A DNA stretch of 64,000 nucleotides from an uncultured delta proteobacterium (GCA_963827685.1 CAWHBU010000002.1:416001-480000), one strand, 5' to 3'. Shown: positions 9,177 through 19,257, numbered from the stretch's first letter. Notes: a model not told the origin generated them from the sequence alone. Numbers and translations are program-made.

Positions 9177-10736
9177 TCACTCCTTATTCAAGAGAGGCAA
9201 CCTAAAAAAGAAGGTGGAGCCTTTCCCAACTTCACTTTCAACCCCAATGGTACCTTGATGCCCTTCGACGATCTTCTTTACAATGGCCAGCCCGAGACCT
9301 GTACTTTTTTCACCCGCTGTTGGTTTGGTGCTTGCTTTTTGAAAGGGTTTAAAAACATGCGGCAATTCATTTTCGGGAATGCCTTGACCCTGGTCGATCA
9401 CTTTGGTGACCACAAAGTCCTTTTCCTTTAACACTTCGATACGCATCATCGTATTGGGATGAGAATATTTGATGGCATTGCTGATTAAGTTATTCAATAC
9501 TTGTTCAATTTTATTCTTATCAAAATCGACCAGAGGGATGTCATCCGAAAGCACGGAATCGATTGAGATGCCTTTCTCCGTTGCAAAGAATCTATTGAAT
9601 TCGATATTCTTTCTTACAAAGTCTGGATAATTATTCTTCGTTATCTCCAGCTCTAATTTTCCCGATTCAATTTTTGATATGTCTAACAAACTATTCAAGA
9701 GTTCGAGCATGAATTTGCTTGTGTCATAGATCTTTTTCAAAAATTCCTTCTGTTTTTCTGATAAATTTTCGCTTGAATATCTCGATAGGACTGAGGAAGA
9801 ATTCTGTATCACAGCAATTGGATTTCTCAGGTCATGAGCTGCCATTCCCAAAAATTCATTCTTCTGTATGTTTAGCTCTCGCAGCTGATCGTTGGACTGT
9901 CGCAATGCCTCCTCAGCCAGCTTGCGCTCGGTGATGTCGTGAATGATGGAGTACAATAGTTGTTTGCCACGCATGAAAAGCGGGCCGCTGTAGACTTCGA
10001 CGTCCCGGATTTGACCATTCGCCAGCCGATGCTGATAGTAAGAATGGTTCTGCTGCTCGGTCAGAACGCGCTGCATCTCGGTCTTGACCTCCTCTGCCGT
10101 CAGGGTGTTGATATCCGTCATCTTAAGTTTGAGCATCTTTTCATAGGGGTAACCGTAGAAAACGCAGGCACCTAAGTTGGCATCCACAATCGTCGCTGTT
10201 TCCGGATCGATCATCAGCATGGCCGCCTGATTCTTCTTAAACAGGCTGTGATAGCGTGCCTCGCTTTCGTGCAATTCTTTCTCAGCCTGCCGGAGCGCAG
10301 TGATATCCTGCATCATGCCGATCATACGAGTCGCTTTTCCCTGCCCACTGGTCGTGAAACTTCCGCGGTCGTGGACCCAGCGATAGGCGCCGTCCTTATG
10401 ACGGAAGCGGTATTGCGCGTCTAAGGGTGTCAGATATTTTTCGGAAATCTTCAACATCCGAAGGACCTTCTCCCGATCCTCCGGATGGATCATCTGCTCC
10501 CATTGGGCAATTCCTCCCCGCATCTCATCGGGGGAATATCCCAGTACCTGTTCGAGGCAGTCGCCCCACATCATGTCGCCCGTGCTGACATCGTACTCGT
10601 GCACGAGCTGTCCAGAGGCTGCAAACAGCAGCTCATAGCGGTTCTTCCAGGCGGCGATTTTCCCCTCGGCTTTTTTGTGCTTGGCGATATCAGCAACGAT
10701 GCAGAGTTCAGCCGGGGTTGATGAATTCTCATTCAT
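9177..10736 (-). CDS. PAS-PAS sensor histidine kinase
   Basis: Two PAS/PAC domains (IHPEDRE...YRFRHKDG); H-box AAHDLRNP; NLISNAIKYS, DQGQGI, GLGLAI. Confidence 0.93.
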   Translation of the reverse strand: MNENSSTPAELCIVADIAKHKKAEGKIAAWKNRYELLFAASGQLVHEYDVSTGDMMWGDCLEQVLGYSPDEMRGGIAQWEQMIHPEDREKVLRMLKISEKYLTPLDAQYRFRHKDGAYRWVHDRGSFTTSGQGKATRMIGMMQDITALRQAEKELHESEARYHSLFKKNQAAMLMIDPETATIVDANLGACVFYGYPYEKMLKLKMTDINTLTAEEVKTEMQRVLTEQQNHSYYQHRLANGQIRDVEVYSGPLFMRGKQLLYSIIHDITERKLAEEALRQSNDQLRELNIQKNEFLGMAAHDLRNPIAVIQNSSSVLSRYSSENLSEKQKEFLKKIYDTSKFMLELLNSLLDISKIESGKLELEITKNNYPDFVRKNIEFNRFFATEKGISIDSVLSDDIPLVDFDKNKIEQVLNNLISNAIKYSHPNTMMRIEVLKEKDFVVTKVIDQGQGIPENELPHVFKPFQKASTKPTAGEKSTGLGLAIVKKIVEGHQGTIGVESEVGKGSTFFFRLPLLNKE

Positions 10737-10744
10737 ACCATTTA

Positions 10745-10927
10745 TTACCTTTCCATTACGTTCAGAAATCGGTACAACTCGGATTGGTGTACCCTCCAGC
10801 CGTTCCCGGCTTTTACGGCTTTGATTCTTCCAAGTCGGATATACTTCAGATAAGTAGGTTTCGAAATCTTAAGATAGTGGATGGCTTCATTGGTTGTTAG
10901 GACGACGTCTTTGTCCGTTAAAGGCAT
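10745..10927 (-). CDS. Excisionase/HTH_17-family DNA-binding protein
   Basis: LTTNEAIHYLKIS...GRIKAVKAGNGWRV; RBS GGGAG. Confidence 0.85.
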   Translation of the reverse strand: MPLTDKDVVLTTNEAIHYLKISKPTYLKYIRLGRIKAVKAGNGWRVHQSELYRFLNVMER

Positions 10928-10966
10928 TATCTTGACTCCCTTTTTCCGTGTTTTCTGGGGTTTTAC

Positions 10967-10982
10967 TGCAAATTAAGTGCCA
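10967..10982 (-). promoter_or_regulatory. Sigma-54 promoter
   Basis: TGGCACTTAATTTGCA matches the -24/-12 consensus, 40 bp upstream of the HTH gene. Confidence 0.85.
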
Positions 10983-11093
10983 AGGCCTGAATTTGTGTAT
11001 TTCGATTCAATAAGTAATGGATATTCATAGTTAATTAAATTTCGGAAGGGGTCGGTAGTGGTAAGAATTCAGTTGACAAGAGCGACTTCTTGG

Positions 11094-11135
11094 CAAAACA
11101 GACAAAATTCTGTACAAAACAGACAAAATTTTGTA
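11094..11135. repeat. 21-bp tandem repeat, candidate enhancer
   Basis: CAAAACAGACAAAATT(C/T)TGTA x2, ~110-150 bp upstream of the sigma-54 promoter. Confidence 0.65.
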
Positions 11136-11202
11136 GATGGATGACCGCCGTTCACGGCCCATGGGCCCGCCAAAGGCCCGTTGGGTCCCGCAGACGGCGG
11201 GA

Positions 11203-11760
11203 TTAGAAAAATCTTTCTAAATCTCTATTCCTGCCTGCCGGTAGGCAGGTACAAAGGGAGACTTTCAGTCTTCCCCATTTGGAAAAAGGAAGGTGTGAAA
11301 AAATCCCTGAAAGCACATTTATCAATTTTTTGATACTTTCTGGGCCAATATGGTCTGCAATTAAGCGTCCCCACCACGGTAAGTATTCATACCATATTAC
11401 ATCTTCTAGGAAAGGGACGATTTCGCCTAGTTTTTCTATAGGGAGATAGAATGGAGTTGCCCTTTTGATTGCCTGATTCGGGGGTTCTGGATTCAGGGAA
11501 GGGTTAGTAAGAATTGCCAGTGGGAAGTTACGCACCAGCGCCCAGTCCAATAGGTCGAAGTCACGAGTACCCATGCCGTCCAAGATGACCGCATCATAAG
11601 TCCAAGACATCATCTTCTCGACGGCTTCTTGATAGGTGGTGGCAGTTTCAAACCTGCATTCTGGGCATGATTCCGAGATTTCTTTTTCCAAAACCGCCAA
11701 CACATCTGGTTTGTCGTCCACAGCTAAGATCCTCTTGCCCATTAGAATAGATTCTTTCAT
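11203..11760 (-). CDS. Single-domain response regulator receiver (degenerate)
   Basis: RILAVDD and YDAVILD motifs; the C-terminus runs through palindromic repeats. Confidence 0.75.
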   Translation of the reverse strand: MKESILMGKRILAVDDKPDVLAVLEKEISESCPECRFETATTYQEAVEKMMSWTYDAVILDGMGTRDFDLLDWALVRNFPLAILTNPSLNPEPPNQAIKRATPFYLPIEKLGEIVPFLEDVIWYEYLPWWGRLIADHIGPESIKKLINVLSGIFSHLPFSKWGRLKVSLCTCLPAGRNRDLERFF

Positions 11761-11923
11761 GACTACCCTCCTTACTTGATACGGAACACAAAGCGAAAAG
11801 CGCTAAGCCTATCACTCTTGCCCAAATTAGGCTTTTAAAAAGAGGCGCATTTAAGATAGAACCAAGCTTAAAACCCGCGATAGCCAATAACTTGAATTTT
11901 ATGTCCTTTTTTAAAAGGGTAAA

Positions 11924-11939
11924 TGCATAGACTGTACCA
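11924..11939 (-). promoter_or_regulatory. Sigma-54 promoter
   Basis: TGGTACAGTCTATGCA (GG-N10-GC) upstream of the receiver gene. Confidence 0.6.
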
Positions 11940-12292
11940 AATGCTAAAATCTGACTAAGAGTCAAAGATGTTTAATGTAAGATATAAACAAAATATTAAT
12001 AACTTATGACCCAAAAGGACTGGGAATCGATAAAAGAGAAAAAGGTGAACCTGGTTTTGAAAACATCCAAAATTTGTCAAAAGTCGTAATAATTTCAATA
12101 CATTTTTAAAAATTCTCGTTTAATTTGGAGAGCAGTATAAGTGGGTATTCCGACGCAATCCCAAACGACGCTGTGGCTGAATTTTTTCAAAGCTCCAGGG
12201 GAGAGGGGGATTTTCCGACCAGCTTATTTTCGAGATCAATTTAATTAGGTGGGGCTGACTTTGAAGTTAACGTAGTCCACATTCAAAAATGA

Positions 12293-12321
12293 TTGACAAG
12301 GATCGGTAGTTTATATATATT
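12293..12321 (+). promoter_or_regulatory. Sigma-70 promoter
   Basis: TTGACA-17-TATATT directly upstream of the riboswitch. Confidence 0.85.
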
Positions 12322-12334
12322 TTTTCATAATATA

Positions 12335-12453
12335 CTGGCCGAATTGAAATAAGCGGGGGAACCATTTTTTTTGGGGGTGAATTCCAGAAATCCTGGAAAG
12401 GATATCCCTTAATTCTAACCCGTCAGCTAACCCCGCAGGCGACTAAGGGAGAG
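12335..12453 (+). ncRNA. c-di-AMP (ydaO/yuaA) riboswitch
   Basis: Conserved blocks GCCGAAT, CGGGGGAACCA, TGGGGGTGAAT, CCCGTCAGCTAACCCCGCAGGC; upstream of a K+-type transporter operon. Confidence 0.92.
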
Positions 12454-12461
12454 AATCGAGG

Positions 12462-12489
12462 GTAGGGGACCTTCCTCTACTTTTTTTTT
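12462..12489 (+). terminator. Riboswitch expression-platform terminator
   Basis: GTAGGGGA-CCT-TCCTCTAC hairpin followed by T9. Confidence 0.75.
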
Positions 12490-12492
12490 GGG

Positions 12493-14100
12493 ATGAATAT
12501 GAAGAACGAAGTGCTGAAAGAAGCTTCTTGCCCGGTGGAGAAAGTGGAACTCCGTAGAGACGTGACGGTTTGGGGTTCCTATATGTGGGGATATGCTGAT
12601 GTCGGAGCGGACATCTATGCCGCCCTGGGTTTGGTGATGGGAGCTGCTCATGGTGGAGCGAGCCTTGCCTTTTTTGTGGCTGGCCTCATCTATATCATGA
12701 TCGGACTCTCCTATACGGAGATGGCGTCGACCTACCCAGTTGCTGGAGGAGGCCATTACTATGCGCTAAGGGGTTTGGGGGACTTTTGGGGATATGCGGC
12801 GGGGGTGGCCCTTCTGTTGGACTACACCATTGATATTGCCCTCTTTGCTACTGCCTCGGCTGGGTATATGAACTTCTTCATGCCTTTTGTCATAGGTGTT
12901 CCGCCGGAGTATTTTGCGATGGACATCTGGGTCTTTAAGAAAGTGAATCCTATCTGGGCAGCCGAAACGATCATCCTCATCAGCTTTCTCATCTGGCTCA
13001 ACATCCGGGGAGTCCGTGAATCCTCCCTCTTCAACGAGGTCATCGGTGCCATCGATATCATCACGGAATCGTCCATTATTGTACTGGGTTTTCTTTTCGC
13101 ATGGAAACCCGAGCTCTTCGTCTTACAATGGAAGACCCAATTTCCAACGATGAAGGAGTTCATGTATGGTTCGTCCTTAGCGATCATCTCCTTCGTGGGG
13201 TTGGAATCGATCTCCCAGGCGGCTCAAGAGACCAGAAGACCGGCCACGATCATTCCGCGAACTTCCATCACTTTGATTTTTACGGTTTTCATTTTTGCTT
13301 TGGCGTTTTCGACCATGGGTCTTGGAGTTCTCCCTTGGCAGGAATTTCCACAGGGAGATCCTGTGGCCAAACTGGCCCATGCCATTCCTATTTTTGGTGT
13401 GATGGCTGGACCCTTTGCGGCCATCCTTGGGGCAACGATCCTTCTGATCTCTTCTAATACCGGTGTCATGGGCGCGTCACGTCTCACCTATTCGATGAGC
13501 GAACTCCATCTGATCACTCCCTGGTTTGATAAAGTTCATCCGAAATATAGAACGCCGGTCCGCACTATTGTATTCTTTTCCCTCATTGGTATGCTTGAAG
13601 CGATTCTTGCGTTTCTAACACCCAGTGCCATGGATACGCTCGGGAATATGTACGCTTTTGGGGCAGCAAGTGGTTATCTCCTCGTCTTCATCTCAATGAT
13701 CAAGCTTCGGTTCTCCGATCCTTATTCTCCACGGCCGTACAAGATGCCTCTCAACATCAAATGGAATCACAAAGGGAAGACGGTAGACATCCCGGTCCTT
13801 GGATTCATCGGGATGATAGGAGTCAGTTTTATTCTTTTTGAGGTTATTCTGACCCATGAGATAGGTCGTATTGCTGGACCCGCGTGGGTGTTAGTCTGTC
13901 TCATTTATTATTTCTGGTTTCGAAAGAAAAAAGGGTTACCTTTAATGGGAAGTGTGAAGCACGACTGGGAGGAGGAACAAAAGAATATATTGACCTCCGC
14001 AGAGGAATTTGACATGCTCGAACAGTACAAAATCGCCCTGGCTGAAAGAGATAAACGGGAAAAGGAGAAGGCGTTTGGTAAAGTTACCCGAAGTTCCTGA
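12493..14100 (+). CDS. APC-family permease (possibly K+/osmolyte transporter)
   Basis: About 12 TM; YTEMASTYPVAGG, FVGLESISQAAQE, ASRLTYSM, HPKYRTP. Confidence 0.9.
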   Translation: MNMKNEVLKEASCPVEKVELRRDVTVWGSYMWGYADVGADIYAALGLVMGAAHGGASLAFFVAGLIYIMIGLSYTEMASTYPVAGGGHYYALRGLGDFWGYAAGVALLLDYTIDIALFATASAGYMNFFMPFVIGVPPEYFAMDIWVFKKVNPIWAAETIILISFLIWLNIRGVRESSLFNEVIGAIDIITESSIIVLGFLFAWKPELFVLQWKTQFPTMKEFMYGSSLAIISFVGLESISQAAQETRRPATIIPRTSITLIFTVFIFALAFSTMGLGVLPWQEFPQGDPVAKLAHAIPIFGVMAGPFAAILGATILLISSNTGVMGASRLTYSMSELHLITPWFDKVHPKYRTPVRTIVFFSLIGMLEAILAFLTPSAMDTLGNMYAFGAASGYLLVFISMIKLRFSDPYSPRPYKMPLNIKWNHKGKTVDIPVLGFIGMIGVSFILFEVILTHEIGRIAGPAWVLVCLIYYFWFRKKKGLPLMGSVKHDWEEEQKNILTSAEEFDMLEQYKIALAERDKREKEKAFGKVTRSS

Positions 14101-14305
14101 GCGACCTGGATGGCGGGATTATTTTCAGATGATCACGACCGGCTTCATGGTCGTTCTGGGTTTTTACATCTTATGGCAGACCCTTTTCGTGAGGTGGGCG
14201 ATTCCATCTCTGATTTTTTCCATTGCCCTCGTCCTCTTCAGCATCTTCCGAATCAGAATGATCTGGACTTACTTCCAACAGAAAGGCAGGAGAAATGGGA
14301 TCTGA
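14075..14305 (+). CDS. Small two-TM membrane protein
   Basis: TTG start after AAGGAG; two hydrophobic helices; overlaps both neighbours. Confidence 0.65.
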   Translation: MVKLPEVPERPGWRDYFQMITTGFMVVLGFYILWQTLFVRWAIPSLIFSIALVLFSIFRIRMIWTYFQQKGRRNGI

Positions 14306-14858
14306 GATTCAGATCAGCTTTATAGGGGCATTTCTGGCTTTTATCTTTACGGCGTCTATGACTGCCCTTCTCTGGTGGATGTTTCATGTTCCCAGAGCCA
14401 TCCCCCAAGCGGCAGCGAAGGCCAGAAGGGCCGTCGGGGCGATCAAGAAAATTTTGGTTCCCACTTCGGGGACTCTTTATTCAGAGCGGGGAATTGAATT
14501 AGCATGTCGACTTGGGGAAGAACAGAAGGCGGAGATCTATCTTGTGACTGTTCTCGAAGTTCCCAGGACACTCCCCTTGGAAGCACCCATGCCTGACGCA
14601 GAGGCTAAGGCAGAAGATGTGATCAAGCGTGGGGAGGAGATTGTCAGCCTGAGAGGACTTCAGGGAAAGGGAGAGGTGAGGCGAGGACGAGTTGCAGGAG
14701 AAGAAATTATCAGAGCGGCCAAAGACTGGGAGGCTGATTTGATTGTGATGGGAATCCGATCGCAGGTCACGATGGCCCAGGATATCTTGGGTCGTAATTC
14801 TGATTTGGTTTTGCGTCGAGCTCCGTGTGAAGTGATTGTGGACAAACTCTCTGGGTAG
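14295..14858 (+). CDS. Universal stress protein with N-terminal TM
   Basis: KKILVPT, ADLIVMG, ILGRNSDLVLRRAPCEV. Confidence 0.9.
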   Translation: MGSEIQISFIGAFLAFIFTASMTALLWWMFHVPRAIPQAAAKARRAVGAIKKILVPTSGTLYSERGIELACRLGEEQKAEIYLVTVLEVPRTLPLEAPMPDAEAKAEDVIKRGEEIVSLRGLQGKGEVRRGRVAGEEIIRAAKDWEADLIVMGIRSQVTMAQDILGRNSDLVLRRAPCEVIVDKLSG

Positions 14859-14877
14859 ACAGAATGGGAGGGGTTGG

Positions 14878-15279
14878 ATGAAAGTGATGATTATCGGTTG
14901 TGGCAGAGTAGGATCGGTTCTGGCGAACCGTTTGGATGAGGCAGGTCATCAGGTGTCGGTTCTCGACAGGAGTCAGCAGGCCTTTCGGAGGCTCTCCGAG
15001 AAATTTTCTGGTAGGCGGATAGTCGGCAATGGTCTGGTGGAAGAATATGTGCGTCCAACGCTGCAAGAGGAGGCCGATATCCTTTTTGCGATGACGGATG
15101 AGGATAATGTTAATCTGATGATTGTCCAGAGAGTGAAACGAAACTTCAAGTTAGAGAGGGTAGTCGCAGTGGTTCACGACTCCATTCTGGCAGGACTCTA
15201 CAAGGAGCTGGGAGTAGAGACGGTCTGTCCCACCGACCTGGTTATAAAAGATTTATTACAGACGATCCAAGAAAGATAA
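14878..15279 (+). CDS. TrkA-N (RCK_N) protein
   Basis: IIGCGRVGS, TDEDNVN, VCPT. Confidence 0.88.
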   Translation: MKVMIIGCGRVGSVLANRLDEAGHQVSVLDRSQQAFRRLSEKFSGRRIVGNGLVEEYVRPTLQEEADILFAMTDEDNVNLMIVQRVKRNFKLERVVAVVHDSILAGLYKELGVETVCPTDLVIKDLLQTIQER

Positions 15280-15944
15280 TGGGTGAAGTCATGTATATCA
15301 TTATTGTAGGCGCTGGAAAGGTCGGATATCATCTCGGAAGTCTGTTGATGGCCGAAGGTCATGAGGTGATGGTGATCGAGGAAGACCGTTCCAAGGTAGA
15401 ACTCCTTTCTTTGGAGTTTCATGATGCGATCATGCAAGGAAATGGTTCAACGGTCGAGGTTTTGAAGGAGGCAGGGGCCAACCGGGCGGATGTGGTTGTA
15501 GCAACGACGGGCAATGATGAGGACAATCTGGTGATCTGCCAAGTTGTAAAATTGATGTTCCTCCGCCCCCGGACCATTGCAAGGGTTAACAATCCCCGGA
15601 ACGAAGAGCTTTTCGCTGGCCTTGGAGTGGATGCCTCCGTCAGCGCAACGAAGATCATCAATGCCGTTATTCAGGAACAGGTCAAGGCCGGAGACATGAT
15701 GATTCCTCTTCTCACCTTGAAGGCAGGAGATGTGGAGATTGTAGAAGTGGAACTCTCACGTTCCTCACATATTGTGAAGAAGAAGATCAGGGATCTATCA
15801 CTACCCCAAGGGTCGATCTTCATCGCCGTGATCCGGGGAGAAGAGGTCATTATCCCCACTGGGGAGACCGTGTTCCAGCCGGAAGATAAGGTCCTCGCCC
15901 TCGTCAAACGCGAAAGCGAACAAATTCTTCGGAAGATGTTGTAA
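15279..15944 (+). CDS. trkA: TrkA-family K+ uptake regulatory protein (RCK_N + RCK_C)
   Basis: IVGAGKVG, TGNDEDN, ARVNNP, IRGEEVIIPTGET. Confidence 0.9.
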   Translation: MGEVMYIIIVGAGKVGYHLGSLLMAEGHEVMVIEEDRSKVELLSLEFHDAIMQGNGSTVEVLKEAGANRADVVVATTGNDEDNLVICQVVKLMFLRPRTIARVNNPRNEELFAGLGVDASVSATKIINAVIQEQVKAGDMMIPLLTLKAGDVEIVEVELSRSSHIVKKKIRDLSLPQGSIFIAVIRGEEVIIPTGETVFQPEDKVLALVKRESEQILRKML

Positions 15945-15956
15945 TTTCAGCCATAG

Positions 15957-17309
15957 ATGACCGCAACAATAAGCCAGTCGCTCAATATCCTTATCGTGGA
16001 TGACGAGGTCAACATCCGCAAGACTCTGTCCGTCTGCCTTGAGACCGAAGGTCACAAAGTGATTGCTGTCAGCAACTTTCAGGATGCCTTAGCGGAGGCG
16101 TCACGAAGGTCCTTTGAACTTGCATTCGTAGATCTAAGGCTTGGTACGGAAGATGGACTGGATTTAATCCCTCCTTTGCTGGCAGCAGCGCCATGGCTTA
16201 AGGTTATTGTCATTACAGCCTACGCTTCTATCGATACGGCCGTCGAGGCCATGCGACGCGGGGCAACCGACTACATTCCGAAACCATTCACACCCGCCCA
16301 GGTAAAACTGGCGGTTAACAAGGTATTCGAAATGCGTACGCTGGAGCAAAGAGTTGCAGTTCTACAAGAAGACCTTAAACGGTTAAATCCTGAAGTGGAC
16401 TTTTCAAGTTCCAGTGCTATCATGCAGCGGGCTGTGAATCTGCTGCACCAGGTGGCCTCCACTGAAGCCACCATTCTTTTGCGCGGGGAAAGTGGAACAG
16501 GTAAGACCGTGCTCGCCCGCGCCATCCATTCCTGGAGCAAACGGGCCGACAAGCCTTTTGCCGTCATTTCCTGTCCCTCTCTTTTGCCAGAACTTCTGGA
16601 GAGCGAACTCTTTGGTCATGTAAAAGGGGCTTTTACAGGCGCTGTGCGGGATAATCCTGGCCGCATTGCAACCTGTGAAGGTGGGACCCTTTTACTGGAT
16701 GAGATCGGCGATTTACCGGCAAACCTGCAGCCAAAACTTCTGCGCTTTCTTCAGGACAGGGAGTATGAGAGGGTGGGAGATTATACAACACGAAAAGCGG
16801 ACGTCCGCATCATTGCCAGCACCAACAGGGATCTCGATAGAGCAGTCAAAGAAGGCCAGTTTCGCGAAGACCTCTTTTATCGACTCAATGTGATCCAGAT
16901 CGATATTCCCCCTTTGCGTGAACGGCCGGAGGATGTGACGATCCTTGCTGAGAGGTTATTAGCCTTTTTTGGTCGGGCCGGGCATCATCTCTTTCTCGGT
17001 TTTACCCCGGAGGCGCTTCAAGCCCTCAAACAATACCACTGGCCTGGAAACCTCAGAGAGCTGCGAAACGTTGTTGAACGGGCAGCCATTCTCTGTCAAA
17101 CAGACAAGGTTGGAATCGAATGTCTTCCTGAAAATCTGTTGCCAAGTGATTCAGGCGCGAGACCTGGCGATAGGGTCTCTTTGGAGAAAATCGAGGAGGA
17201 ACATATCCGGCGGGTGTTGGCTACGACAAAATCGCTTCAAGAGGCCGCAGATATACTCGGCATAGATCAGGCGACCCTATGGCGCCGCAGGAAGAAGTAT
17301 GGAATTTGA
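15957..17309 (+). CDS. Sigma-54-dependent response regulator (NtrC family, AlgB-like)
   Basis: REC domain; GESGTGKT, ESELFGH, GAFTGA, LLDEIG, WPGNLREL; C-terminal HTH. Confidence 0.95.
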   Translation: MTATISQSLNILIVDDEVNIRKTLSVCLETEGHKVIAVSNFQDALAEASRRSFELAFVDLRLGTEDGLDLIPPLLAAAPWLKVIVITAYASIDTAVEAMRRGATDYIPKPFTPAQVKLAVNKVFEMRTLEQRVAVLQEDLKRLNPEVDFSSSSAIMQRAVNLLHQVASTEATILLRGESGTGKTVLARAIHSWSKRADKPFAVISCPSLLPELLESELFGHVKGAFTGAVRDNPGRIATCEGGTLLLDEIGDLPANLQPKLLRFLQDREYERVGDYTTRKADVRIIASTNRDLDRAVKEGQFREDLFYRLNVIQIDIPPLRERPEDVTILAERLLAFFGRAGHHLFLGFTPEALQALKQYHWPGNLRELRNVVERAAILCQTDKVGIECLPENLLPSDSGARPGDRVSLEKIEEEHIRRVLATTKSLQEAADILGIDQATLWRRRKKYGI

Positions 17310-17341
17310 TATTAGTGGAAGGAAGGATTCGGTGCTTTGTT
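17229..17341 (+). repeat. R2 copy 1 (native 3' end of the regulator gene plus ~30 bp)
   Basis: Repeated at 27874-27986 and 29984-30094. Confidence 0.95.
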
Positions 17342-17635
17342 CCACCTACAACTAAAGAATTCTCAAAATCATTTGAACTATTGATTTCGATTTGAAAGTG
17401 AGCATAACGCTCAAGGCCAAGAGAAGTGTGAAGGCTCCTTATTGCTCGCATCAATAACATATAAAATTGGTTGCACAAAACTAACTTGAGGCATCGGTAA
17501 CCCTCAATCATTATCTTTTTCAAGGTCTGGCTTCTCTTTAAACCAGTAATCATCAGGTAAATCCTTAACCAATGTTTTAAAGCCAGTGAACGGCTTCATA
17601 TCTTCTTGGAATTTGTTCTGAGGCTTGGGCCCCGA

Positions 17636-18061
17636 TTAATGCCCTGACTGGGTGCCAGCTAGGATTTGGGTAAATACTACATTAGTCTTTCTTGTCTCTC
17701 CGTCTCGAATATACTCAGCATAACATTCCACCCTATGTGAGCCAATGCTAACACCGGGAAGGTACACTTGGAAAGCTCTCTTCGTTCCTAAGGTTAAATA
17801 CGATGCATCCGATACATCAAAACAGTATGGCTCCTGCCCTGATTCATAGATACAGGCTCTTTTAATCTCTGGCTTACCAGCTGCCTCAAAAAAAATATTA
17901 ACCGCAAAGGATGCATTCGCTTGGATACCACTTCCCAGAGCATCTATACTTAATAATCTTACCTCGCCTGAAGCGAGAGGCTCCCTTGGGACCGTAGCAC
18001 AAGAAGAAGCTATCAACAAAACCACTCCACTCAACAAAACAGTTATTAATATAGACCTCAT
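17636..18061 (-). CDS. Hypothetical lipoprotein
   Basis: Signal peptide with lipobox IASSC. Confidence 0.7.
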   Translation of the reverse strand: MRSILITVLLSGVVLLIASSCATVPREPLASGEVRLLSIDALGSGIQANASFAVNIFFEAAGKPEIKRACIYESGQEPYCFDVSDASYLTLGTKRAFQVYLPGVSIGSHRVECYAEYIRDGETRKTNVVFTQILAGTQSGH

Positions 18062-18152
18062 AGAAATAACCTCCTTCCTATTTTTTTATATCGTGTTATA
18101 CAGCAAATGTGACCAATTTCTTTGCCTTGTAAATCTGACAGAAATCTTACTA

Positions 18153-19257
18153 ATACAAACGCATTAAGTAATGTTACATAGCCTACGAATCTTTTGACAA
18201 GACCATGAGCGAGTTGTTTTACAAACGACAGACCAAAGATTATCAAGGTTTTCAAACCAACGGTTGGTGGTGGATTCATAGCGAACACTGCGCCAAATCC
18301 GTTCTTGCACGTTTAATCCCGGTTGATACGGGGGTAAATATTCGATATGGAGCCTCGGATGTTTTTTAAGAAATTGTTCGATGGGATCGCCTCTGTGCCA
18401 GCGGGCCCTGTCGACATAAAGCCAAATGGTATATTCTTTAAACCTTCCATAGAGGTGGCGCAAAAGTTTGAGAAACCCTTCTCTATCCCCCCGTTTTGTC
18501 TGAATCATGCCATAGCGTCCAAGCAAAGGATTGACCCACCCAGAGATATTCAAGCGGATACGATGCTGGCTGGTGGTGGGAATCTTAAGACGCTTTCCTT
18601 TCTTCGCCCAGCCCCGGCTAAGCCTGGGGTGCATCGTAAAGCCTGTCTCATCCTGGAATACAATTGTCTCTTTTGGCCCCAGGGACTCAAGTTTTTTTTA
18701 AAGCCCGCTGGAACTTTCGGGCTTCTTGGCTTTGTGCTTGAAGATAAGAATAACTCGCTCTCTTTAACCGATAACCCAAATGATGCATCCAGCGTTGGGC
18801 TTGCCGCACCTTCAGGTTTATCCCGAAAGACCGCTTCAGATGAATCGCAACCGTTGGCCCATCCCATTGAGTCCGGTTTAAACCAAATTCCCGCGGAGAC
18901 TTCTCTAAGTGTCCCTCCAGCACCCTTTGAATCTTTGTCTCTAACCGTGAAGGCCTTCCCGATCTTGGCTTGGATTTTAAGAACTCTAAGCCGTCTTTGT
19001 TCACCCCGTGAATCCATCGGCTTAAACTCATCCGGGTCAACCCTAACACCTCGGTTATCCATCCCGGACGTTGCCCTTCAAGCACCAGGAGTAAGGCGGC
19101 TATCTTTATGCCTATCCAAGCCCCTGATATTTGTTCGGCTAATGCTAATAAACGCTCTTTATTGGCCTCTTTATGCTCTAAGATTAATGTGGGATTTTTC
19201 ATGCCCACATATTAACATAAATAAACTGCTATGTCACTTTATTTAGGACGTTCGTAT
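18153..19257 (-). mobile_element. IS630-family element (HTH ORF 18687-19208 + DDE ORF ending at 18164, frameshift)
   Basis: TA flanks; imperfect IR ATACAAACGCATTAA / ATACGAACGTCCTAA; A8 slippery run; YVDRARWH and LPPYQPGLNVQERIW motifs. Confidence 0.9.

Noticed and set aside
10745-10927. Prophage suggested by the excisionase-like gene
   Set aside because: No integrase, structural or replication genes in the window.
11762-11900. c-di-GMP riboswitch in the leader of the receiver gene
   Set aside because: GEMM core motifs not found.
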